From Alphaproteobacteria bacterium (GTDB lineage: Bacteria; Pseudomonadota; Alphaproteobacteria; UBA2966), in contig OZ219858.1 in the NCBI GenBank assembly GCA_964291395.2, positions 160,001-224,000 on the forward strand: a stretch of DNA of 64,000 bases, written 5' to 3'. Positions 29,418 to 41,697 of this stretch are shown here, piece by piece; the stretch's first letter is position 1; every line of letters starts with the position of its first letter. Under the pieces are notes generated by a model that ran no database searches, was not told the DNA's origin, and saw only the letters and a program-made list of their open reading frames with translations. A program made the position numbers and the translations under genes.

Positions 29418-30679
29418 GCTGCAACGCGGCCTACAAGCCGATTCTCCGAAACGCCGGTGACCCGAACGGGCACGACGGTGCCGGGACCGGGGTCGCCATC
29501 AATGATCCGGACCCGGGCGTAGCCTTCCGTCCGGCCCTCGCCACAGCGTTCGATCAGCACCGACTCGGTGGCGCCGATGCGGCTCTTCAAATATGCCCCG
29601 AGCGCCTCTTCACCGGCAGCGCGCATACGCGCCGAACGTTCCTTGCGCTCCTCCTTGGCCACCTGGGGCATGCGCGCCGCAGGCGTACCGGGACGCGACG
29701 AATAGGGGAAAACGTGCAGATACGTCAGGCCGCAATCGTGGATCAAACGCAAGGAGTTCTCGAACATCGGACGGGTTTCGGTGGGAAAGCCGACGATCAG
29801 ATCGGAGCCGAACACGAGGCCGGGTCGACTCTGCCGAAGTTCCCGACAAAGCTCGACCGCGTCGTTACGCACGTGACGACGCCTCATACGCTTGAGAACA
29901 AGGTCGTCTCCGGACTGCAAACTCAAATGGAGATGCGGCATGAGCCGCGGCTCGCCGACAATTGCCGCCTTCAGTTCATCATCGATCTCGACAGGATCCA
30001 ACGAAGACAACCTGAGCCGCGAAAGGTCCGGCACCCCGCGCAACAACGCGCGAACCAGGCCGCCAAGTCCGGGATGATCGGGCCGTTCCGTGCCATAGGC
30101 CGTGATATCAACCCCGGTCAGAACGATCTCGCGGTAACCCGCCGCGACCAGAGTCTCCGCTCCGGCGATCACACGTCCGACCGGCACGCTGCGGTTGGGG
30201 CCCCGCGCGAACGGGATGATACAGAAGGTGCAGCGGTGATCGCAGCCTTGTTGAATTTCAAGAAAGGCGCGCGTCCGGCCATCGAAACCCTCGATCAGGT
30301 GACCTGCGGTCTCCGTCACCCTCGCGATGTCGGTGACGATGACCGAACCCTCCGCCGAGGATCCGTAGTGCTCTCGCGAGAGTTTCTCCAGGTTGCCGAG
30401 CACACGATCGACCTCGGGCATTTCCGCGTAGGCGTCCGGGTGCAGCTGGGCGGCGCAGCCCGTCACGATGATCTCCCGGTCCGGTGCCTCCCGCCGCAGC
30501 CGCCGGATGGTCTGCCGCGCCTGTCGTTCGGCCTCGGCGGTCACGGCGCACGTGTTGACAACCACCGCGTCGATCAGGCCAGCCGCCGCAGCCTCGTGCC
30601 GGATGATTTCCGATTCATATGAATTGAGGCGGCATCCAAGGGTCACGACGTCCGGCCCGTGCCGAAGTCCAGCCGTCAT
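29414..30679 (-). CDS. mtaB: tRNA methylthiotransferase MtaB (radical SAM)
   Basis: TLGCRLNSYES, NTCAVT, GCAAQ and CDHRCTFC. Lies between dapF and ftsY. Confidence 0.93.
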   Translation of the reverse strand: MTAGLRHGPDVVTLGCRLNSYESEIIRHEAAAAGLIDAVVVNTCAVTAEAERQARQTIRRLRREAPDREIIVTGCAAQLHPDAYAEMPEVDRVLGNLEKLSREHYGSSAEGSVIVTDIARVTETAGHLIEGFDGRTRAFLEIQQGCDHRCTFCIIPFARGPNRSVPVGRVIAGAETLVAAGYREIVLTGVDITAYGTERPDHPGLGGLVRALLRGVPDLSRLRLSSLDPVEIDDELKAAIVGEPRLMPHLHLSLQSGDDLVLKRMRRRHVRNDAVELCRELRQSRPGLVFGSDLIVGFPTETRPMFENSLRLIHDCGLTYLHVFPYSSRPGTPAARMPQVAKEERKERSARMRAAGEEALGAYLKSRIGATESVLIERCGEGRTEGYARVRIIDGDPGPGTVVPVRVTGVSENRLVGRVAA

Positions 30680-31530
30680 GAGCCGCTCCCGTTCAGCAAT
30701 GTGCCGTCGAGAATGCCGGAGAAGCTGGTCGAGACGGGTCCCGTCATCAGCACGTGCCCGTCCTCCCGCCACCGAAGCCGAAGGACTCCGCCGTCCAGGT
30801 GGATATCGGCCGAGCGGTCCGTCAGGCCGCGGCGGGCGCCCGCGACGGCGACCGCGCAGGCCGCGGTTCCGCAGGCGGAGGTGATGCCGACACCGCGCTC
30901 CCATACCCGGACCCGGATCGAATCGCGAGCGCGCACCTGGGCGATGCTGATATTCGCGCGCTCGGGAAACAGCACGTGGTGTTCAAGGCCGGGTCCGACC
31001 GACGTCAAGTCGACCGAGTCCACCTCGTCGACGAAGAACACGGCGTGCGGGTTCCCGACATTCACGCCGACGGCATCATCCAACGCCGTGACCGCCCGTC
31101 CACCGGCCGACATATCCATGTGAAGCGTATCCATTTCGCGCGCCAACGGGATGTCCCGCCAATCGGTCCGCGCCGGACCCTGGTCGACGGTGACCATCCC
31201 CGAACCATCCCTGGAGGCCTCCAGCACACCTGCCGCGGTGTCGAGGTCGACCGCGTCGGCGCCCAGCTCGTCCATCACCATGTTGGCCACGCAACGTGCT
31301 GCATTCCCGCAGGCCGACACCTCGCCGCCGTCGGCGTTGTGGACCCGCATGAAAGCGGCGGCGCGGTCCGACGGCTCAATGGTGATGAGCTGATCGCAGC
31401 CGACGCCGCGCCTACGATCCGCGATAAGCCGCACTTCGTCGGCCGCGAGGGAAATGGCGCGCGCGCGCCCATCCAGCACGACGAAGTCGTTGCCGAGGCC
31501 ATGCATCTTGGTGAACGGAAGCTCGCTCAT
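30676..31530 (-). CDS. dapF: Diaminopimelate epimerase
   Basis: FTKMHGLGNDF, CGNAARC, GNPH and WERGVGITSACGTAAC. Confidence 0.97.
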   Translation of the reverse strand: MSELPFTKMHGLGNDFVVLDGRARAISLAADEVRLIADRRRGVGCDQLITIEPSDRAAAFMRVHNADGGEVSACGNAARCVANMVMDELGADAVDLDTAAGVLEASRDGSGMVTVDQGPARTDWRDIPLAREMDTLHMDMSAGGRAVTALDDAVGVNVGNPHAVFFVDEVDSVDLTSVGPGLEHHVLFPERANISIAQVRARDSIRVRVWERGVGITSACGTAACAVAVAGARRGLTDRSADIHLDGGVLRLRWREDGHVLMTGPVSTSFSGILDGTLLNGSGS

Positions 31531-31751
31531 CGCCGCCTTATATGGTCTTGTGGCCGCACAAGTCCACCGTGCGGCGCCTCGACGGCTTTTCGCGCGTCCA
31601 AACGCTTCTTGACGGGAAAGGCCGCCCGGAGCTACTTTCCGCGCGCTCCGAAAGGGTTAGTGACCGGGAGCGCCCACGGGTGTCCGCCAGTCCGCGAGGT
31701 TTCGCGCACTGGCGCCGTCGGTTCTCGTCAAACGCGAGGAATGCGCTGGAC

Positions 31752-33101
31752 ATGTTCGACAGTCTGACCGAACGCCTCGGTGAGGTCTTCGAGAACCTGA
31801 AGCGGCATGGCGCTCTTTCCGAGTCCGACGTCAACGCCGCCCTTCGGGAAGTGCGAGTCGCGTTGCTGGAGGCGGACGTCGCCCTGCCGGTCGTGAAGCG
31901 CTTCATCGATAGCGTCCGCGGTCGCGCCATCGGCGCGGAGGTGCTGCGCTCGGTATCGCCGGCCCAGATGGTCATCAAGATCGTCCATGACCACTTGATC
32001 GAGGTTCTCGGACCCGAAACCGCCGATCTGGAGTTTCATGCGGCCCCGCCCGCCTCCGTCCTGATGGTCGGACTGCAGGGCTCGGGCAAGACGACGACCA
32101 CCGCCAAGATCGGAAACTGGCTTACCGAGCGGCAGAAGAAAAAGGTCCTGATGGCCTCTCTCGATACCCGGCGGCCCGCCGCTCAGGAACAACTCAAGCT
32201 GCTGGGAGAACAGGCCGGCGTGGCGACACTGCCCATCGTTCCCGGCCAGATGCCCGAAGACATCGCCAAACGGGCGATGAACGCAGGCCGCCTGCAGGGA
32301 TGCGACGTGATCCTGCTGGATACCGCCGGACGCTTGCATGTGGATGAAGCGCTGATGGCCGAAGTGGTGGGCATCCGTGACGCGACCGGCCCCGCGGAAG
32401 TGCTGCTGGTCGCCGACTCGCTGACCGGTCAGGATGCGGTCAACATTGCCGAACAGTTCAAGGAACGGGTCGGGGTAACGGGTATCGTCCTTACCCGCGT
32501 GGACGGTGACGCCCGTGGCGGAGCAGCGCTCAGCATGCGCGCGGCGACAGGTTGTCCCATCAAGCTCTTGGGCACCGGCGAAGCGATCGATGCCTTGGAA
32601 GTCTTCCATCCCGATCGTATCGCGTCCCGCATTCTTGGCATGGGCGACGTGGTTGGCCTCGTCGAGCGGGCCGCCGAGACGGTCGAACAGGAGGATGCCG
32701 CGCGACTCGAAGAGAAGATGCGCAAGGGCACTTTCGACCTTGACGACCTCGCCCAGCAGCTTCGCCAAATTCGCCGCATGGGCGGGATGGACGGAATCAT
32801 GGGCATGCTGCCCAGCGTCGGAAAGGTGAAACAACAGATGGCCGATGCCCGGGTCGACGAAGGCCTGCTGAAGCGGCAGGAGGCGATCATCCAGTCCATG
32901 ACGCCACGGGAACGCCGCAACGCAAAGCTCCTCAACGCCTCGCGGAAACGGCGTGTGGCAGAGGGCTCGGGCACCTCGGTCCAAGACGTGAACCGCCTCC
33001 TCAAGCAATTCAAACAGATGTCTTCCATGATGAAGAAAGTCAGCAAGTTGGGGAAACGGGGCCTGATGCGGCACGGACTCCCCGGCTTGCCCATGAGATG
33101 A
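31752..33101 (+). CDS. ffh: Signal recognition particle protein Ffh
   Basis: [34 protein letters not shown] and an M domain. Confidence 0.97.
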   Translation: MFDSLTERLGEVFENLKRHGALSESDVNAALREVRVALLEADVALPVVKRFIDSVRGRAIGAEVLRSVSPAQMVIKIVHDHLIEVLGPETADLEFHAAPPASVLMVGLQGSGKTTTTAKIGNWLTERQKKKVLMASLDTRRPAAQEQLKLLGEQAGVATLPIVPGQMPEDIAKRAMNAGRLQGCDVILLDTAGRLHVDEALMAEVVGIRDATGPAEVLLVADSLTGQDAVNIAEQFKERVGVTGIVLTRVDGDARGGAALSMRAATGCPIKLLGTGEAIDALEVFHPDRIASRILGMGDVVGLVERAAETVEQEDAARLEEKMRKGTFDLDDLAQQLRQIRRMGGMDGIMGMLPSVGKVKQQMADARVDEGLLKRQEAIIQSMTPRERRNAKLLNASRKRRVAEGSGTSVQDVNRLLKQFKQMSSMMKKVSKLGKRGLMRHGLPGLPMR

Positions 33102-33160
33102 GGCGAAACGCCAACCGATCCGAACTCGACGGGAAACCCCAACCAGGAGTGAACACAAGA

Positions 33161-33770
33161 ATGGCACTGAAGATCCGATTGGCCCGGGCGGGCGCCAAGA
33201 AACGGCCCTTCTATCGAATCGTCGTCGCCGACTCGCGGAGCCCGCGGGACGGCCGTTTCATCGAAAAGCTGGGGACATATAACCCGCTGCTCAAGCGCGA
33301 CGATCCCAACCGCGTAACGCTGAACGAGGATCGTGTTCACCACTGGTTGGGTCACGGGGCGCGGCCGACCGACCGTGTCGCACGGTTCCTGGGCAACGCC
33401 GAGATCATTCCCATGCCGACCCAGAAGAACAATCCGACCAAGGGTCAGCCCGGAAAGAAAGCACGGGAACGCCTGAAGGCCGCCGAAGAGGCAGCGGCGG
33501 CTGCCGCGGCGGTACCGGCGGAAGAAGCCGAACCGGAGGAGAGCGGATCGGAGGCGTCGGCCGAAGAGGCTGCCGCAGAAGCGCCGGCCGAGGTGAAAGC
33601 GCCCGCGGAGGAGGCCGAGGAGCCGGCCGCAGGGGAAGCCACGGCCGACGAAGCTCCTACCGAGGAGTCGGCCGCAGGAGAAGCCACGGCCGACGAAGTC
33701 GGCCGCGGACGAGGAAGGCAGCGAAGAGCCGGAGGCCCAAGCAGAAGAAAAAGAGAGAGAGGAGGATTAG
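33161..33770 (+). CDS. rpsP: 30S ribosomal protein S16 with a long acidic tail; apparent frameshift near 33698
   Basis: [35 protein letters not shown]. The Glu/Ala-rich tail continues in another frame ([23 protein letters not shown]) to TAG at 33768-33770. Confidence 0.9.
33615..33698. repeat. 45-bp-period imperfect tandem repeat inside the rpsP tail
   Basis: CCGAGGAG[C/T]CGGCCGCAGG[G/A]GAAGCCACGGCCGACGAAG starts at 33615 and 33660. The second copy is truncated. Confidence 0.85.
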
Positions 33771-33797
33771 TCTCCCGGCCAGTTCCCGGAGACCGCC

Positions 33798-34322
33798 GTG
33801 GGCGCGCCGCACCGACCGTGTCTGGGCGTTATCACAGGCGCCAGGGGGATCCGCGGCGAGGTGCGCATCCGTACCTTCACCGAGCGGGCAGAGGACATCG
33901 CCGCATATGGGCCGCTGACCGACGAGACCGGCGCGCGGTCGTTCACCCTCGTGGACCTCAGGCCGGTCAAGGGCGGCGTCGCGGCCCGGGTCGAGGGTAT
34001 CCAGGACCGAACGGCTGCCGAGGCGCTGAAAGGAACGCAGTTGTACGTCGCCCGGGATGCGCTGCCCGACTCGGAGGACGACGAGTTCTATCACACGGAT
34101 CTGCTGGGAATGCGGGTGGTGACGGTGAATGGCGAGGAATTCGGACGCGTCTTGGCGCTGCATGATTTCGGTGCCGGCGACGTGCTGGAAATCGAGCGCA
34201 CGGATGGGCCGCCGCTCGTCGTGCCGTTCACCCGCGACACCGTTCCGGAGATCGATACGGACAAGAGCCATCTCGTCCTGATTCCTCCGCCGGGACTGCT
34301 GAACGACGATGAGGTGAATTGA
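33798..34322 (+). CDS. rimM: Ribosome maturation factor RimM
   Basis: [25 protein letters not shown] and FGAGDVLEI. Confidence 0.95.
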   Translation: MGAPHRPCLGVITGARGIRGEVRIRTFTERAEDIAAYGPLTDETGARSFTLVDLRPVKGGVAARVEGIQDRTAAEALKGTQLYVARDALPDSEDDEFYHTDLLGMRVVTVNGEEFGRVLALHDFGAGDVLEIERTDGPPLVVPFTRDTVPEIDTDKSHLVLIPPPGLLNDDEVN

Positions 34323-34339
34323 GGGGGTTCGTACCGGGG

Positions 34340-35113
34340 ATGGCCGAGGTCGAGCAAACATCGCCGAAACGGTCCGGGGCCACGACACGCGGCATGGCTG
34401 CGCCATGGACGGCATGGGTGTTGACGCTGTTCCCTGCGATATTTCCCGGTCCGCTTGGCGAGTCCCTGGCGGGGGCAGCGCTGAAAAAGGGGATTTGGCG
34501 TCTCGAAACAGTGGACATTCGGCAGTTTGCGAGCGATAAACGCCGCTCGGTCGACGACACCCCGTTCGGCGGCGGTCCGGGAATGGTTCTCCGGGCCGAC
34601 ATCCTTGCCAGATCGGTCGACGAAGCTGCCGCGGCCGCGGGGCCCGAGGTGCCGATATTTTACCTTAGTCCACGTGGCCGTCCCTTCGATCAACCGCTGG
34701 CGAGGTCTTTGGCGGAAGGCGCGGGCGTAGTGTTGCTGTGTGGCCGATTTGAAGGGATTGACGAGAGGCTGCTTGAAGCCCGGCCGATCGAGGAAGTAAG
34801 TCTCGGCGATTTCGTGCTGTCCGGCGGTGAACCCGCGGCGATGGCGATCGTTGATGCGGTTGTTCGCCTGCTGCCCGGTGTGACGGGGGACCCACGCTCG
34901 GTGACGGACGACAGTTTTGAGAGAGGATTGTTGGAGTACCCGCAATATACGCGGCCACAGGAATGGGAAGGCCGTACCGTCCCGGAAGTTCTGCTGTCGG
35001 GTCACCACGAGCGGATTTCCCAGTGGCGCCGCGAACAGGCGGAACGGACGACCAGGACACGCCGACCGGATCTGTGGAAACGGTACGCGGGAGCGCGGGA
35101 CAAAGCGAGGTGA
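34340..35113 (+). CDS. trmD: tRNA (guanine37-N1)-methyltransferase
   Basis: [34 protein letters not shown] and [10 protein letters not shown]. Start uncertain. Confidence 0.96.
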   Translation: MAEVEQTSPKRSGATTRGMAAPWTAWVLTLFPAIFPGPLGESLAGAALKKGIWRLETVDIRQFASDKRRSVDDTPFGGGPGMVLRADILARSVDEAAAAAGPEVPIFYLSPRGRPFDQPLARSLAEGAGVVLLCGRFEGIDERLLEARPIEEVSLGDFVLSGGEPAAMAIVDAVVRLLPGVTGDPRSVTDDSFERGLLEYPQYTRPQEWEGRTVPEVLLSGHHERISQWRREQAERTTRTRRPDLWKRYAGARDKAR

Positions 35114-35118
35114 CGACA

Positions 35119-35562
35119 ATGGATATTCTGCAGAAGTTTGAAGAGACCCAGACCGGGAAGATCCAGGCCGAACGTCCCGTTCCCGAATTCGGACCCGGCG
35201 ACACGGTCCGTGTGATGGTCAAGGTAGTCGAGGGCTCGCGTGAGAGATTGCAGGCGTTCGAGGGTGTATGCATCGCGCGCCGAAACCGCGGCCTCAATTC
35301 GTCCTTCACGGTGCGGAAAATCTCCTACGGCGAGGGCGTGGAACGTATCTTCCAGCTTTATTCGCCGCAGATCGCCGATATTCAGATCGTGCGGCGCGGC
35401 GACGTACGCCGCGCCAAGCTCTATTACCTTCGTGGATTGCGCGGCAAGAAGGCGCGCATCGCCGAACGGCGTGATGACCGGCGCCCCATGCGGGACGCGG
35501 AAGCGGCGGCCTCGAAGGCCGATCCGGCCCCGGAGAGCGGGGCCTCCAACGGCGAGGAATGA
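35119..35562 (+). CDS. rplS: 50S ribosomal protein L19
   Basis: [23 protein letters not shown] and RRAKLYYLR. Confidence 0.98.
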   Translation: MDILQKFEETQTGKIQAERPVPEFGPGDTVRVMVKVVEGSRERLQAFEGVCIARRNRGLNSSFTVRKISYGEGVERIFQLYSPQIADIQIVRRGDVRRAKLYYLRGLRGKKARIAERRDDRRPMRDAEAAASKADPAPESGASNGEE

Positions 35563-35606
35563 CGGCGTTCCCATCCTCAATGGGTGATCGCCCGGTGGAG
35601 CGACAG

Positions 35607-37013
<1,407 letters not shown>

Positions 37014-37023
37014 AGGATTCATC

Positions 37024-37647
37024 ATGGAAGAATTCACGACGCTGAGCGGTATCGCGGCGCCTCTCCCGATGGTCAACATCGACACCGACGCCATCATCCC
37101 CAAGCAGTTTCTCAAAACCATCAAGCGAACCGGCCTGGGAGTCCACCTGTTCAATGACCTGCGCTTTGACGAGACCGGCAGCGAACGTCCGGAATTCGTG
37201 CTCAACAAGGCGCCGTACCGCAAGGCGAAGATCCTGATCGCGTTCGACAATTTCGGCTGTGGTTCAAGCCGCGAGCATGCGCCATGGGCCCTCGCGGACT
37301 TCGGAATCCGCTGCGTCATCGCGCCGAGTTTCGCCGATATTTTCTACAACAACTGCTTCAAGAACGGCCTGCTTCCCATCACACTGCCGAAGGACGCCGT
37401 TGTCGGGCTGGCAGAAGTCGCCGCGCGCGGCGCCAACGCAACCTTTTCGGTCGATCTGGAAGCGCAGGAGATCTCGGATCCGGACGGCAACACCATCTCG
37501 TTCGAGATCGATCCGTTCCGCAAGCATTGTCTGTTGAACGGGCTCGACGACATCGGCCTGACGATGCGGAAAGCCAGGTCGATCGACGATTTCGAAGAGT
37601 CCCAACGCGCCAGCCAGCCCTGGCTCTACGCCGCGGCGGGCGGCTAG
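37024..37647 (+). CDS. leuD: 3-isopropylmalate dehydratase small subunit
   Basis: [28 protein letters not shown] and GLDDIGLT. Confidence 0.98.
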   Translation: MEEFTTLSGIAAPLPMVNIDTDAIIPKQFLKTIKRTGLGVHLFNDLRFDETGSERPEFVLNKAPYRKAKILIAFDNFGCGSSREHAPWALADFGIRCVIAPSFADIFYNNCFKNGLLPITLPKDAVVGLAEVAARGANATFSVDLEAQEISDPDGNTISFEIDPFRKHCLLNGLDDIGLTMRKARSIDDFEESQRASQPWLYAAAGG

Positions 37648-37676
37648 CCGATGCCCGGCAGGGCGGCGGAACACCA

Positions 37677-38789
37677 ATGGCATCGAACAAGAAAATCCTG
37701 TTTCTGCCGGGAGATGGAATCGGCCCCGAAGTCATGGCGGAAGTGCGGCGGATCCTGGAGTGGCTGGAGACCAGCCGTGCCTTGGGATTCGATATCACGG
37801 AAGACCTGGTGGGCGGCGCATCTTACGATGCGCACGGCACGCCCCTGACAGACGACACGATGAATGCGGCCATGAACGCCGACGCCGTGCTGTTCGGTTC
37901 GGTGGGCGGGCCGAAGTGGGATGATCTGGATTTCTCCTTGAAGCCGGAGCGTGGCCTCTTGCGACTGCGCAAGGAAATGGACCTGTTCGCCAATCTGCGG
38001 CCGGCTATCGTCTTCGACGCCCTCGCGGAGGCCTCGACCCTCAAGCCGGAGATCGTCTCAGGTCTGGACATCATGATCGTCCGGGAGCTGACCGGGGGCA
38101 TTTACTTCGGTGAACCGCGGGGTATCGAGACCCTGGAGGACGGCACCCGGCGAGGCATCAACACCCAGGTATATACGACGTCCGAGATCGAGCGCGTGGC
38201 GCGTGTCGGCTTCGAACTCGCCCGCAAACGGCAGGGACGTGTTTGCTCCGCCGAAAAGGCCAACGTGATGGAGTCCGGCATTCTCTGGCGCGAGGACGTG
38301 CAACGCATCCGCGACGAGGAATACCCGGACATCGAACTCACGCACATGTACGCCGACAACGCGGCGATGCAGCTGGTTCGCGACCCCAAGCAGTTCGATG
38401 TCATCGTCACGGACAATCTCTTCGGGGACATCCTCTCGGACGAGGCGGCCATGCTCACGGGGTCACTCGGCATGTTGCCGAGCGCATCCCTGGGCGCTCC
38501 CGACGGTACGGGGCAACGGCGCGCGCTCTATGAACCGGTCCATGGCAGCGCGCCTGACATCGCGGGCCGGGGAATGGCGAACCCATTGGCCTGCATCCTC
38601 AGCCTTGGAATGATGCTGCGTTACTCGTTCGATCTGGGAAGTGAAGCCGACCTTATCGAAACCGCGGTGTCGAATGTCCTGTCGGAAGGTCTCCGGACGG
38701 CTGACATCATGCAACCGGGGAAAGCTGGGGTGACGACCAGCGTCATGGGCGACGCGCTGCTTCGGGAGTTGGACGAGATCGGAGCCTGA
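37677..38789 (+). CDS. leuB: 3-isopropylmalate dehydrogenase
   Basis: [29 protein letters not shown] and [12 protein letters not shown]. Confidence 0.98.
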   Translation: MASNKKILFLPGDGIGPEVMAEVRRILEWLETSRALGFDITEDLVGGASYDAHGTPLTDDTMNAAMNADAVLFGSVGGPKWDDLDFSLKPERGLLRLRKEMDLFANLRPAIVFDALAEASTLKPEIVSGLDIMIVRELTGGIYFGEPRGIETLEDGTRRGINTQVYTTSEIERVARVGFELARKRQGRVCSAEKANVMESGILWREDVQRIRDEEYPDIELTHMYADNAAMQLVRDPKQFDVIVTDNLFGDILSDEAAMLTGSLGMLPSASLGAPDGTGQRRALYEPVHGSAPDIAGRGMANPLACILSLGMMLRYSFDLGSEADLIETAVSNVLSEGLRTADIMQPGKAGVTTSVMGDALLRELDEIGA

Positions 38790-38840
38790 CATCGGAACTT
38801 GTTCGTCGCGGCACCGCAGTGACGGCACGGGAATTGGGAT

Positions 38841-39890
38841 ATGGGATACAGAGTCGCTGTCGTGGGTGCGACCGGGAACGTCGGTCGCGAAATGCTTCAA
38901 ATTCTCTTCGAGCGGGAGTTTCCGATAGACGAGGTGGCGGCGGTCGCTTCTGAACGCTCGGCGGGTCGCGAGGTTTCCTTCGGGGACGATGACGTGCTCA
39001 AGGTTCAAAACCTCGAACGCTTCGACTTCGCCGGCTTCGACTTCGCCCTGTTTTCGCCGGGTGCACGGGTTTCAGCGGTCCACGCACCGCGCGCCGCCAA
39101 GGCCGGCTGCGTCGTCATCGACAACACCTCGCAGTTCCGGATGGACCCGGACGTCCCGCTCGTCGTCCCGGAGGTGAATGCCGAGGCCGTCGCGGACTAC
39201 GACAAGAGAAACATCATCGCCAACCCCAACTGTTCGACGATCCAACTGGTCGTCGCGCTCAAACCCCTGCATGACGAGGCGACCATCAAACGGGTGGTGG
39301 TGGCGACCTATCAGTCGGTCTCGGGGGCCGGCAACGCGGCGATGGACGAGCTGTTCGAGCAAACCAAGGCGATTTACGTCAACGATCCGCTCGAGCCGAA
39401 GGAATTCACGAAGCAAATCGCCTTCAACGTCATCCCCCACATTCAGGACTTCATGGACGACGGATCCACGAAGGAAGAATGGAAGATGGTCGCCGAGACC
39501 AAAAAAATCCTCGATCCGAATATCAAGGTATCGGTGACCTGCGTCCGGGTGCCTGTTTTCGTCGGCCACTCCGAGGCCGTGAACATCGAATTCGAGGATC
39601 CGATCACGGCGCAGCGGGCTCGCGAGATCCTGCGTGAGTCGCCGGGCCTCATGGTCGTTGACCGACGGGAGGACGGTGGTTACGTCACGCCCGTGGAGGC
39701 GACCGGCGAATACGCCACCTACGTGAGCCGCATACGCGAGGACTCGACGCTTGAGAACGGCCTCAACATCTGGGTGGTTGCCGATAACTTGCGGAAGGGC
39801 GCGGCGCTCAATTCGGTCCAGATCGCGGAAGTTCTGATCAACCGACACTTGTCGGAAACGGCGCCAAGGGCGGCGGCCGGTTCCGCCTGA
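38841..39890 (+). CDS. asd: Aspartate-semialdehyde dehydrogenase
   Basis: GATGNVG, ANPNCSTIQ, TYQSVSGAG, CVRVPVFVGHSE and DNLRKGAALN. Confidence 0.98.
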   Translation: MGYRVAVVGATGNVGREMLQILFEREFPIDEVAAVASERSAGREVSFGDDDVLKVQNLERFDFAGFDFALFSPGARVSAVHAPRAAKAGCVVIDNTSQFRMDPDVPLVVPEVNAEAVADYDKRNIIANPNCSTIQLVVALKPLHDEATIKRVVVATYQSVSGAGNAAMDELFEQTKAIYVNDPLEPKEFTKQIAFNVIPHIQDFMDDGSTKEEWKMVAETKKILDPNIKVSVTCVRVPVFVGHSEAVNIEFEDPITAQRAREILRESPGLMVVDRREDGGYVTPVEATGEYATYVSRIREDSTLENGLNIWVVADNLRKGAALNSVQIAEVLINRHLSETAPRAAAGSA

Positions 39891-39909
39891 CCGCACGGGC
39901 CTCGCCCCG

Positions 39910-40761
39910 CTAATCGATCCGTTTCACGTCGAAATATCGAGAGGGAGCGACGATCTCGTCCTGAGCCTTCAGGATTTCGAGCTCCCGAGCATCCGTATCG
40001 GCGGTGGTGCGAAGAACGCCATAGGTGGCTGCCACGGAAACTTTCAGCGCGTTCTCGACATCCCGGGACCCCAGGTAATTGCCGAGGAACAGAGCGGCGA
40101 ACAGATCGCCCGCGCCGTACAGGCCTCCGGTCAGGCGGGGCGTCGCGACGAGCCAACTCCCCTCCGGCGCAACGGCGAGAGTCGCGATTTGAGACCCGGG
40201 AACTTCTTCAACGCCCACCGACGTCACGATCACGACTTCAGTACCTCGAAGGCGCAACCGGGCGCACGCCTCGGTCACGGCAACCAGCGAGGACAGGGAC
40301 TCGCCCGTCAGATACTCGAGCTCGAACTGGTTGGGCACGATGACGTCTGCGGCCGGAACGATCCGTTCCCGGAACAGATCCCGAAGATCCTCGGGGACGA
40401 AGAACCCGTCCCGCTCGCGGCCCATGACCGGATCGCAAACGTACAGAGCATTCGGGCTTCGGGATTTGACCAGGCGGACCGCTTCAATTGCGGCCCGTCC
40501 CACCGAAACGTCACCGACGTAGCCGGTGATTATGGCGTCGCAGCACTTCGCCATACCGAGATCATCCAGTCCGGCGACCAACTGGGCGACCAATGCCGCT
40601 TCCGTCACGCGACCGCGAAACCTGCCGTGACCGGGATGATTTGAATACGCCACGGTGCTGATGGCCCATACCTCGTGACCCATCCGCTGAAGGGGAAATA
40701 CGGCAACCGAGTTTCCCACGTGTCCGTAGACCACATGGGACTGCAGAGAGAGAACGTTCAT
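39910..40761 (-). CDS. pdxY: Pyridoxal kinase
   Basis: LSLQSHVVYGHVGNS, CDPVMG, PNQFELEYL and GAGDLFAA. Confidence 0.92.
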   Translation of the reverse strand: MNVLSLQSHVVYGHVGNSVAVFPLQRMGHEVWAISTVAYSNHPGHGRFRGRVTEAALVAQLVAGLDDLGMAKCCDAIITGYVGDVSVGRAAIEAVRLVKSRSPNALYVCDPVMGRERDGFFVPEDLRDLFRERIVPAADVIVPNQFELEYLTGESLSSLVAVTEACARLRLRGTEVVIVTSVGVEEVPGSQIATLAVAPEGSWLVATPRLTGGLYGAGDLFAALFLGNYLGSRDVENALKVSVAATYGVLRTTADTDARELEILKAQDEIVAPSRYFDVKRID

Positions 40762-40920
40762 CCAAATTCCGTCTTTTCAGTTGCGGACCGTCAAGAAGTC
40801 TTCAGGGGATGAATGACGGACAAGCCATGGCACTCGCGTTGACTCGCATCGGACCTGGGTCTTAAATCTGCCCACCAAGAAGGCGATGGTACCCCCCCGA
40901 GCAGGCGGAGACATACGATT

Positions 40921-41316
40921 ATGGCCCAGGTTGAAAGGCCGATTTCCCCGCATTTGCAAGTCTACAAGCCACAGCTCACGTCAGTTCTTTCCATTCTGCA
41001 TCGCATCACGGGCGTGGGACTGGGAGCCGGCACCCTGTTGCTCGCCTGGTGGCTCGTTGCGGCCGCCTATGGACCCGACCAATTCGAGACGGCTCGAGCC
41101 TTCATCGCGTCGTGGTTCGGTCGTCTCCTGTTGTTCGGCTTCACGTTTTCCCTGTTCTACCACCTCTGCAACGGCATCCGGCACCTGTTCTGGGATGCGG
41201 GCTGGGGGTTCGAGCTCAAGACCGTATACACCTCCGGCTGGCTGGTGGTCATCGCGTCCCTGGGACTCACGGCGGTCAGTTGGATCGCCGGTTACGCGAG
41301 CGGAGGCGCTCTATGA
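40921..41316 (+). CDS. sdhC: Succinate dehydrogenase cytochrome b556 subunit
   Basis: RPISPHLQVY, SILHRITG and HLCNGIRHLFWD. Confidence 0.97.
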   Translation: MAQVERPISPHLQVYKPQLTSVLSILHRITGVGLGAGTLLLAWWLVAAAYGPDQFETARAFIASWFGRLLLFGFTFSLFYHLCNGIRHLFWDAGWGFELKTVYTSGWLVVIASLGLTAVSWIAGYASGGAL

Positions 41317-41693
41317 GCCATCGAACGCCGGCCGGCCGGGTACACGGCCTGGGAAGCGCTCAACACGGCGTCGATCACTGGTGGGCCCAGCGCTTGACGG
41401 CCCTCGCCCTCATTCCGTTGATCATCTGGTTCTGCATTTCGATCATCGGCCTGATCGGGGCGGATCACGCCACATTCGCCTCCTGGCTGTCGACGCCGGG
41501 ACGGGCTGTCGCCATGCTGTTGCTCGTCGTCGCGACCTTCTATCACATGAAGCTGGGACTGCAGGTGGTGATCGAAGATTACGTCCACGAGCGCGGCTGG
41601 AACGTCACGCTGCTCGTACTCAACAATTTTGCCTGCGTGTCGCTCGGTACGGCCTGTGCGTTCGCCGTTATCAAAGTGGCGGTCATGGGGTAA
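41313..41693 (+). CDS. sdhD: Succinate dehydrogenase membrane anchor
   Basis: [14 protein letters not shown] and [15 protein letters not shown]. Confidence 0.97.
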   Translation: MSHRTPAGRVHGLGSAQHGVDHWWAQRLTALALIPLIIWFCISIIGLIGADHATFASWLSTPGRAVAMLLLVVATFYHMKLGLQVVIEDYVHERGWNVTLLVLNNFACVSLGTACAFAVIKVAVMG

Positions 41694-41697
41694 GGGC

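Noticed and set aside
33098-34165. 355-aa S16 ORF as a real S16-RimM-region fusion
   Set aside because: Sequence after 33698 is out of frame for both the acidic tail and rimM. It is treated as a frameshift.
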